Below, one piece after another: positions 35,263 through 42,264 of a stretch of DNA of 64,000 bases. Under the pieces are notes generated by a model. The model worked only from the letters and a program-made list of their open reading frames with translations. It ran no database searches and had not been told where the DNA came from. The stretch's first letter is position 1, and each line of letters opens with the position of its first letter. The position numbers and the translations under genes were made by a program. This DNA is from Chitinophagales bacterium (lineage in GTDB: Bacteria; Bacteroidota; Bacteroidia; Chitinophagales; CAIODY01). The stretch spans positions 4,182-68,181 of the forward strand of contig CANGEV010000010.1 in the NCBI GenBank assembly GCA_947452995.1, read 5' to 3'.

Positions 35263-36173
35263 TCGTCTTCAACGAGTGTCCCAACAACAGGTAAGTGATC
35301 CGATAACCACAAACCATTGCTACGACGTTTTTCAATCGTGTGTATGCTACCTCTTTTGAATTTGGAATAGAAAACAAAATCGATACGCTTACTTGGTAAT
35401 GCGCTAGTGTCAAATGCATTAAATGTTCCCTTCTCCTTGCCATCTACCTCTTGTGCAAGTTGTAAGAACTCCGTTAATAATATGATAGACTCATCAGAAG
35501 AAATAGCGTTGAAATCCCCACAGAGAATGTATTGCGAACTTTCATCCCATGGCTTCCTATTTAATAAGCTTAGAATCAATTCTGCAGAATGCTTTCGCGC
35601 TACAGTACCTACATGATCAAAATGTGTATTGAATACCGTTAAATAACGGTCCACTTTAGTATCATAAAAATAAGCGGCTGTAACAATTCTATTGCATACC
35701 GCATCCCATCCGCGTGATACGGTATCCGGTGTCGGTGAAAGCCAATAGGTTTGGGCATTCATTACGATGTAACGATTTTTGTTGTAGAAAATAGGGGAGT
35801 ATTCTCCTCCTTGCTTCGCGTCATCGCGACCCTTTCCGTAATAGGTATATTCATTGCCAAGACTGTCCGCAAGAAATTTTACTTGTGAATACAATGCTTC
35901 CTGAAAACAATAGAAATCACATTGCTCCGCCTTTATACTTTCTAAAAGTTCATACTTGCGTTTATCCCAAGCATTTTCACCATCTTGGTAATTATCGTAA
36001 CGTAAGTTGAAGGTCATAACGCGTGTTAGGATGTCCTTAGAAGTCGGCAAGACAGTGTCGGTGCGTTGTGTTCTATAGTTTGGAACAAGCGTGTTCGGCA
36101 TTGAAACCGTTTGTGCAAACAGTACTTGTATCGATAGTGTTAAGCACAAAAAAAGCAAAGGGAATAAACGCAT
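35259..36173 (-). CDS. Secreted endonuclease/exonuclease/phosphatase (EEP) family protein
   Basis: 304 aa with a signal peptide. EEP motifs are MTFNLRYD, FYCFQE, FNTHFDH, LCGDFNA and LSDHLPV. Confidence 0.8.
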   Translation of the reverse strand: MRLFPLLFLCLTLSIQVLFAQTVSMPNTLVPNYRTQRTDTVLPTSKDILTRVMTFNLRYDNYQDGENAWDKRKYELLESIKAEQCDFYCFQEALYSQVKFLADSLGNEYTYYGKGRDDAKQGGEYSPIFYNKNRYIVMNAQTYWLSPTPDTVSRGWDAVCNRIVTAAYFYDTKVDRYLTVFNTHFDHVGTVARKHSAELILSLLNRKPWDESSQYILCGDFNAISSDESIILLTEFLQLAQEVDGKEKGTFNAFDTSALPSKRIDFVFYSKFKRGSIHTIEKRRSNGLWLSDHLPVVGTLVEDD

Positions 36174-36180
36174 CTTCCGC

Positions 36181-36984
36181 CTATTTTAATAAGGCTGCCA
36201 TCTGCTTCGCGATGAACTTAGCTGCAAATTTTGGGTGCAATCGATAAAGAAAATCTAGAAAGCGTGAATCCGGCCCAACGCAAACTCTAAATTTATCCGC
36301 TTCCATGGCATCTACAATTATTGTTGCTGCTTTGTTCGGGTCTAAAGCCTTAAAAGAGCTGTTTTCAGCTGTGGCACCACCCGGAATTGCAACGCCGGAG
36401 TTGACCGTAATATTCGTGGCAATGGCGCCTGGAAATACAATGGTTACTTTAACACCTGTATTCATGCATTCAGCCCAAAGGCCTTCTGTAAAGAGCTTGA
36501 CAGCCGCTTTCGAAGCTCCATATACCGACTGGCCAGGTACTGGCAAAAAGCCACCCATGCTCGAGATGTTTACGATATGCCCTTCTAAACGGGATTGCAA
36601 CTCCGGAAGAAATGTCTTGGTCATGTAAAGCATCCCATAGAAATTGATGTTCATGACACGCTCTATCGCAGCATAATCTAAATCTGCTATTTTTACAAAG
36701 GGCTGTATTATCCCAGCATTATTAATCAAGCCATCCACCGCTCCGTGAGCTGCTTTGATTTCCTCCAAACTCGCCTCTACCGCTGCGCGATTCGTAATAT
36801 CCACAAGATGCGTCGTCAAACGCTCTGCATATTTCGCTGCCTTTTCTTTGGTTTCTGCTAAAAGCGTAGCATTAATATCGACAGCCGCTACTTTAGCACC
36901 ACGCTCCAATAAATTCAATACCAAAGCACGACCAATGCCTCCCCCTGCTCCTGTTACCACGATGGTTCTGTTCTGTACTTTCAT
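36181..36984 (-). CDS. Short-chain dehydrogenase/reductase (SDR) family oxidoreductase
   Basis: 267 aa. It has the cofactor motif TGAGGGIGRA and the catalytic motif YGASKAA. Confidence 0.9.
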   Translation of the reverse strand: MKVQNRTIVVTGAGGGIGRALVLNLLERGAKVAAVDINATLLAETKEKAAKYAERLTTHLVDITNRAAVEASLEEIKAAHGAVDGLINNAGIIQPFVKIADLDYAAIERVMNINFYGMLYMTKTFLPELQSRLEGHIVNISSMGGFLPVPGQSVYGASKAAVKLFTEGLWAECMNTGVKVTIVFPGAIATNITVNSGVAIPGGATAENSSFKALDPNKAATIIVDAMEADKFRVCVGPDSRFLDFLYRLHPKFAAKFIAKQMAALLK

Positions 36985-36989
36985 TTTTT

Positions 36990-37150
36990 AATTATTTATT
37001 ATTCATTATTCATTATTCACTCTTCACTCTTCACTCTTCACTCTTCACTCTTCACTCTTCACTCTTCACTCTTCACTCTTCACTCTTCACTCTTCACTCT
37101 TCACCATTCACTCTTCACTCTTCACTCTTCACTCTTCACTATTCATTATT
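36990..37150 (+). repeat. Heptanucleotide tandem array of 21 units in register (37001-37147), including an uninterrupted (CTTCACT)x11
   Basis: Read directly as ATTCATT x2, ATTCACT, CTTCACT x11 (37022-37098), CTTCACC, ATTCACT, CTTCACT x4, ATTCATT. It fills the whole gap between the DUF2480-like stop (37139-37141) and the SDR start (36984). Confidence 0.95.
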
Positions 37151-37657
37151 AACTTTCCTCTTCCACACCGGCACCGTCGAGCATGGCTCTCCGTAAAATA
37201 TACTCTTAGCCACTTCCCGCAAATGATTCGTCACTGATAAATAGGCTCCAACAGGCACCTCTTTATCGCCACAACCTTTCACTACTACACGCTGATCTTT
37301 ATACGATTGCCAATCTAACTTCCCTAATACTTCGTGATAATAAGTCGTCAACATCTCTTCCTTCGTTCCAAAGTACACTTTTTGTGCTATACCAGATAAA
37401 TAACTTGCTGCAAGCATGAAAGCCCAATGTGGTATGATTGCGTCTGCCGAACAGTAAACGTGCGTCCAAGTGCCTTTAAACGCGCTAAAATCATATTCTT
37501 TCAGCGCAGCACGATAATCCTTCTCTCGTAAGATTAATCCTTGAAATAAAAACGGAGCCAAATCGAAGGTTTTAATTTCCTCCTTCGGAAAAAAATCTTC
37601 TAAGTTGAACGTCAATATTCCACTCTCTTCTACCTTGTTGACAAATGTATTTTCCAT
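37139..37657 (-). CDS. DUF2480-like protein
   Basis: 172 aa, beginning MENTFVNKVEESGILTFNLEDFFPKEEIKTFDLAPFLFQGLILREKDYR. The family assignment is from memory only. Confidence 0.5.
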   Translation of the reverse strand: MENTFVNKVEESGILTFNLEDFFPKEEIKTFDLAPFLFQGLILREKDYRAALKEYDFSAFKGTWTHVYCSADAIIPHWAFMLAASYLSGIAQKVYFGTKEEMLTTYYHEVLGKLDWQSYKDQRVVVKGCGDKEVPVGAYLSVTNHLREVAKSIFYGEPCSTVPVWKRKVNNE

Positions 37658-37664
37658 ATTAAAT

Positions 37665-37701
37665 TAAAAAAGGACTGTATGCAAAGTTAAGCATACAGCC
37701 C
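37665..37701 (-). terminator. Rho-independent terminator of the ppiD-like gene, with a -7 promoter motif in its loop
   Basis: On the minus strand this reads GGGCTGTATGC-TTAACTTT-GCATACAGTCC followed by TTTTTT. The stem pairs at 10 of 11 positions. The loop and first stem base read TAACTTTG (37689-37682). Confidence 0.7.
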
Positions 37702-37733
37702 TTGTATAGTTAACGCCTTAACAGGCTATTTTG

Positions 37734-39836
37734 TTAAAAGAATTTACTTCTGTTATCTGTTACAGTAAACTGACGCTTCAAAGCTGCTGGTAACAATTGT
37801 TCTAAATTGCTAGTCGCCTGCATTTTTACCGAAATATCAATGCTGCTATAGTCAGTAGTCGCCGGCGCTGCTTTTAAAGCACCTGTTTGAACGATAAATA
37901 CCGCTTGCGTTCCTTTAATTGGCGCAGATGGCTTGCTGGTATATTTACCGCTTAATGCAGTACCCATCATAGCAAACTCAGGACCAAATCCAGGAATGAA
38001 CGGATTGTAAATATTCGCATCCACAGCACGGTGAATAGTGTCACCAATAGCCTGACCAATCGCTGCTAAATCGGTTTTACCAGCAATCTTAGTTTGCATA
38101 TCTTTAATAATCATCGCAGCCTTTTTCTCACGAATAACTTCTTGCGTGATTTCACCACGTACTTGATCCAAACTAGCTGTTCCAGTCTTATTAACTGAAA
38201 CAAGTTTTGCAACAATCAATTTGTCATCTAAACGGTAAGTGCCAGATACATTGCCAATTTCAGCTTGGTATGCCCATTTAACAACGTCACGAGCTGAAGG
38301 GAAGCCAGGAATGCTACGATCGTTTTCACGAATTGGTTCTGCAACACGCTTCATTATATTCATCTTGCTAGCTGCGGTATCGAACAAAGCAGAAGTATTG
38401 TTCGTAGCCGCAAATTGGTTGGCCATCGCATAAACCGCTTTTTCTGTTGTTTGACTTGGTTTCAAACTCTTTGCAACAACAAACAATTTAACAGCAGGCT
38501 TTCCGCCTTTCTGATCTGTTACTTGAATTAAGTGCACACCATACTGTGTACGAACCTTAATTAAAGAACCAGTGCTACCACCAAAACAAGCATCGTTAAA
38601 TTCAGGTACCATCTTACCTTCAGTAAAATAACCTAAGTCGCCTCCTTTTACTTTACTTCCTGGATCCATAGAATACTTCATCGCCATTACAGCAAAATCA
38701 GCACCACCTTTAACCGCTTTCATGATTGAATCAATACGGCGGTTTGCAGCACTTGTATCACCTTGAGCAGAAATCAAAATGTGACGAGCACGAACTGAAT
38801 CCGGAACGTTTTTAGCAGCATAGATCTTCGCAATCTTCATCATGCCATTATCAATATATGGACCGAATACACTCTTTACTGGCTTACCAAATGCAGAATC
38901 CGCAATTAACAAGTTCATGTTTTCACGCTTAACAAAGCCTGTAGTCAACGGCTCCTCAGAATTTGCATACACAAAAGCGGAATCATTCGTCGAACTACGG
39001 AACAAAGGTAACAAGCTTGTAAATTGCTTACGCACACGATCAGAATCTTCTTTAGAAGCCTTCATATCGAATACAACATACTCCAACTTACGCGTCTCAT
39101 CAATATTTTGATAGTTTGCAGAATGCTCACTCAAATATTTATTCAACTCTTCATCTGTAGGCTTCACTTTGTCGTCACTGATGCTTTGGTAAGGAACCAT
39201 CACATAGTTAACATCCGCCTTATCATTACGTTGGTGATATTCCAACTCCTTTTGCCATTTTGGAACGTATACCGACTTACGATAGATAGTCAATAACTTC
39301 GTTTTCAAACGATCTTTGCGAATCATATCTTCCAAAAACTTCCACTTAACTTGCTCTTCAGGGTTCTCCTTATAAGCTTTCTTCTTCCACTCAATAATCG
39401 TGTTAGGATCGAATTGACCAGTTTGTTGGTTTCCGAAATATTGACGGATAACTGGGTGTGGGTTAGGACCCATACATTGATCAACCATCTCTTCATTGGT
39501 AATTGCAATACCGTATTTACGATATTTCAATTCCATCAAAGCATTATTGATCATGTCATTCCAAACTTGCTCACGAAAGCTCTGCGCAGTCGCCTCATCC
39601 GCTGTACGTCCGTTGTTAAACAAGGAGTATACAGTCAAATAGTCATCGACTTTCGCAAAATAATCGTTGGCTTCAATCTTGTTGCCATCGATCTTTGCAA
39701 TAACAGTACTACGACTGCCTAACAAGTTCAAATTGTCATTCAATGCAGACGTCAACAAGAAGCCAAAAAGGGCCAAGCCGATAATTACTGCTAACAGTAC
39801 GCCTAATCTTTCTCTGATTTTACCTATTATTGCCAT
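37734..39836 (-). CDS. PpiD/SurA-like periplasmic chaperone with a parvulin peptidyl-prolyl isomerase domain
   Basis: 700 aa with an N-terminal membrane anchor (GVLLAVIIGLALFGFLL). The parvulin motif is ARHILI...GGDLGYFTEGKMVPEF. Confidence 0.8.
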   Translation of the reverse strand: MAIIGKIRERLGVLLAVIIGLALFGFLLTSALNDNLNLLGSRSTVIAKIDGNKIEANDYFAKVDDYLTVYSLFNNGRTADEATAQSFREQVWNDMINNALMELKYRKYGIAITNEEMVDQCMGPNPHPVIRQYFGNQQTGQFDPNTIIEWKKKAYKENPEEQVKWKFLEDMIRKDRLKTKLLTIYRKSVYVPKWQKELEYHQRNDKADVNYVMVPYQSISDDKVKPTDEELNKYLSEHSANYQNIDETRKLEYVVFDMKASKEDSDRVRKQFTSLLPLFRSSTNDSAFVYANSEEPLTTGFVKRENMNLLIADSAFGKPVKSVFGPYIDNGMMKIAKIYAAKNVPDSVRARHILISAQGDTSAANRRIDSIMKAVKGGADFAVMAMKYSMDPGSKVKGGDLGYFTEGKMVPEFNDACFGGSTGSLIKVRTQYGVHLIQVTDQKGGKPAVKLFVVAKSLKPSQTTEKAVYAMANQFAATNNTSALFDTAASKMNIMKRVAEPIRENDRSIPGFPSARDVVKWAYQAEIGNVSGTYRLDDKLIVAKLVSVNKTGTASLDQVRGEITQEVIREKKAAMIIKDMQTKIAGKTDLAAIGQAIGDTIHRAVDANIYNPFIPGFGPEFAMMGTALSGKYTSKPSAPIKGTQAVFIVQTGALKAAPATTDYSSIDISVKMQATSNLEQLLPAALKRQFTVTDNRSKFF

Positions 39837-39880
39837 AGCAACAGTGGGGTTTTTTAAAGTTTGGATATTATAATAGCCGA

Positions 39881-39911
39881 CAAATGTAATCCTTCCTAGC
39901 TTAAATTCAAA
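39881..39911 (-). promoter_or_regulatory. Consensus promoter of the ppiD-like gene
   Basis: On the minus strand this reads TTTG (39911-39908), a 19-nt spacer, then TACATTTG (39888-39881). The ATG is at 39836. Confidence 0.55.
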
Positions 39912-39941
39912 CTGATTTTTTAATAAATAAACGTATTCCTC

Positions 39942-40523
39942 GTGCGCATCGGTTTATACTTCGGTTCTTTTAACCCAATCCACCTCGGACACCTTATTAT
40001 AGCCAATACGGTACTTGAAGCGGCTAAATTGAAGAAAGTGTGGTTCGTACTCAGTCCTCAAAACCCGCTTAAAGAGAAAAAATCCCTCCTACCTGAGTAC
40101 GATCGCCTACATCTGCTTCACCTCGCCATTGAAGATAATGCTCAATTTCAGCCTTCAACCATTGAATTCGACCTGCCGCAACCTTCCTATACAATAGACA
40201 CACTCGCTTATTTGAAGGAAAAATATCCGAGTCATGAATTTGTATTAATAATGGGTGGCGATCAAATTGCAAGCTTGCACAAATGGAAGAACTTCCAAAA
40301 GCTATTAGCAGATAACGAGATTATTATCTATAAACGGAATGACGAAGATCAGTTGCCAAAAGAGTGGAACTCTCTTGCGAAGCATATAACTTTGCTCGAC
40401 GTTCCTCTTTTCCCAATTAGCTCTACGCTGATTCGTCAAAAAGTAAAGGCTAAAGAATCTATTCATTATTTAGTTCCAGAAAAAGTTGAACAATATATTC
40501 TCTCTTCTGGTTACTATAAGTGA
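39942..40523 (+). CDS. nadD: Nicotinate-nucleotide adenylyltransferase
   Basis: 193 aa with a GTG start. It has GSFNPIHLGHL (the HxGH motif) and ISSTLIR. Confidence 0.9.
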   Translation: MRIGLYFGSFNPIHLGHLIIANTVLEAAKLKKVWFVLSPQNPLKEKKSLLPEYDRLHLLHLAIEDNAQFQPSTIEFDLPQPSYTIDTLAYLKEKYPSHEFVLIMGGDQIASLHKWKNFQKLLADNEIIIYKRNDEDQLPKEWNSLAKHITLLDVPLFPISSTLIRQKVKAKESIHYLVPEKVEQYILSSGYYK

Positions 40524-40542
40524 AATAGTAGGGGAATTTGGA

Positions 40543-40550
40543 TAAATTTG
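40543..40550 (+). promoter_or_regulatory. -7 element TAAATTTG upstream of paaB
   Basis: This is an exact TAnnTTTG match 21 nt before ATG 40572. It overlaps the TTG start used in the ORF track. Confidence 0.35.
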
Positions 40551-40571
40551 CACCCTAAAGCGAAAAATGAC

Positions 40572-40946
40572 ATGAAATCATTCGATCCGCGAATCAATCG
40601 CATTCAGCCAGCTGAAGACACTACCACAGAAATGAAGGCTGGTGAATCTTGGATTACTTTTGAAGTGTTCCACCAAAAAAAACGTGGAGATCAACATATT
40701 CACGTAGGTAGCGTACATGCCGCTAATGCGACCCAAGCGTTGTTATTTGCAAAAGAACAGTATGCTCGCCGTTTGCCCTGCGCTAACATGTGGGTAGCTC
40801 CAACAGACGCAATTACTTCATTCGCTTATTCGGATGATGATATTTTTACAACCGCTACCGAAAAAGATTATCGTGAAGCAGGTGGATTTAAAGTGCGGGA
40901 TAAAATTAATGCATTCAAAAAAACGTTGACCGAAAACCAAAAATAA
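40572..40946 (+). CDS. paaB: 1,2-phenylacetyl-CoA epoxidase subunit B-like protein
   Basis: The PaaB-like core is WITFEVFHQKKRGDQHIHVGSVHAANATQALLFAKEQYARR. ATG 40572 is preferred over TTG 40548 because of the -7 element. Confidence 0.7.
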   Translation: MKSFDPRINRIQPAEDTTTEMKAGESWITFEVFHQKKRGDQHIHVGSVHAANATQALLFAKEQYARRLPCANMWVAPTDAITSFAYSDDDIFTTATEKDYREAGGFKVRDKINAFKKTLTENQK

Positions 40947-41698
40947 TGAAGCAAGGGACTATCAATTTTATATTTAAAACTGCTGACGACAGCTTTATCT
41001 TCGGTCATCGTAATAGCGAATGGACAGGCCTCGGACCATTTATTGAAGAAGATATTGCATTCGCCTCTATGGCGCAAGACAAAATTGGTCATGCTTGGGT
41101 ACTATATAAAATGCTCAACGAACATGCAGGCTTAGACGATGCAGAGAAATTAGCCTTCTATCGCGACATAAATGATTTTCGTTGTGCGCATCTACTAGAA
41201 TTACCTAATGGAGAATACGATTTCTCCTTAGTACGTCATTTCTTATTCGACGAAGCGGAATTCCTTCGCTACGATCTACTACTAAATTCATCTTTTGCAC
41301 CATTAGCGCATATGGCTAAGAAATTCAAAGGAGAATTGAAATACCACACAATGCATGCGGAGAGCTTTCTAATTCAATTAGGACAAGGCAATGCTGATTC
41401 GAATACTAGAATGCAAAAAGCTTTAGAAGCTGCATTCCCCTATGCTCTAGGACTTTTCGAATCCTATGAGGGCGAAAATGAAGTGATTGCGGATGCTGTT
41501 TTTCCGGGCGAAGAGATTTTGAAGAATAAGTGGTTAGAAAGAATTGCACCAATCATCGAACAGGCTAATTTAAAAATGCCTGATTTAAGCACTCAACCTG
41601 TATTTGGCGGAAGACAAAAACAACATACCGAGCATTTTGCCCCAATGATGCACGAAATGCGCGAAGTGTCGTCTACCGATCCAAATGCCACTTGGTAA
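40946..41698 (+). CDS. paaC: 1,2-phenylacetyl-CoA epoxidase subunit C-like protein
   Basis: 250 aa with a ferritin-like fold pattern: ADDSFIFGHRNSEWTGLGPFIEEDIAFASMAQDKIGHA and KGELKYHTMHAE. The start shares one nucleotide (40946) with the paaB stop codon (TAATG). Confidence 0.7.
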   Translation: MKQGTINFIFKTADDSFIFGHRNSEWTGLGPFIEEDIAFASMAQDKIGHAWVLYKMLNEHAGLDDAEKLAFYRDINDFRCAHLLELPNGEYDFSLVRHFLFDEAEFLRYDLLLNSSFAPLAHMAKKFKGELKYHTMHAESFLIQLGQGNADSNTRMQKALEAAFPYALGLFESYEGENEVIADAVFPGEEILKNKWLERIAPIIEQANLKMPDLSTQPVFGGRQKQHTEHFAPMMHEMREVSSTDPNATW

Positions 41699-42199
41699 TT
41701 GATATTTATGCTTTTAGAAAGAGTCAATGAAGTACTGAGCACTATTTATGACCCAGAAATTCCCGCATTGTCGGTAATTGATTTGGGGATGATTACTGCT
41801 GTCGTGCCAAATGGGGATGATTCCGTGGTCGTACACATGATTCCTACTTATGCAGCTTGCCCTGCAACCTCTTTTATTCAAAAAATGATAAAAGAGCAGC
41901 TACAGGAAAAGTTAACGGATGTGCATTGCGAAGTTGTTGTTGACACTGATATTCATTGGAATACCAATCGTATTAGCGAGCTAGGTAAACAACGATTAAA
42001 AGAAGCGGGCATCGCACCACCTCCAAAAGTAACGAGTGAGGTAGATCGTGAAATGCTCTTGGGAATCCCTTGTCCACGTTGCGGAGGCGTAAATACCTTC
42101 TTGCAAATTCCTTTTGGCTATACACTATGTAGAGCAATTCATTTTTGTAAAGACTGTAATCAATCTTTCGAGCAATTTAAGCCCGTCGCAAACGATTAA
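41699..42199 (+). CDS. paaD: 1,2-phenylacetyl-CoA epoxidase subunit D-like protein (DUF59/MIP18 domain plus C-terminal zinc ribbon)
   Basis: It has YDPEIPALSVIDLGMI (DUF59) and CPRCGG...CKDC. The start is TTG 41699 or ATG 41708. Confidence 0.75.
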   Translation: MIFMLLERVNEVLSTIYDPEIPALSVIDLGMITAVVPNGDDSVVVHMIPTYAACPATSFIQKMIKEQLQEKLTDVHCEVVVDTDIHWNTNRISELGKQRLKEAGIAPPPKVTSEVDREMLLGIPCPRCGGVNTFLQIPFGYTLCRAIHFCKDCNQSFEQFKPVAND

Positions 42200-42208
42200 T
42201 CTAGAAGA

Positions 42209-42250
42209 ATAATTATTTATTATTCACTATCCGCTATTCATTATTTTCGT
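42209..42250 (+). repeat. Short member of the heptad-repeat family
   Basis: AATTATTTATTATTCA (42211-42226) is identical to 36990-37005. It continues CTATCCGCTATTCATTATTTTCG. Confidence 0.7.
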
Positions 42251-42264
42251 ATTTTAGGCACGAT

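Noticed and set aside
36990-37150. Whether the heptad array could be a CRISPR array, or an ORF encoding a repeat protein
   Set aside because: The units are 7 nt with no spacers, which is far too short for CRISPR. No ORF in the track spans the array, and it begins at the stop codon of one gene and ends at the start of the next.
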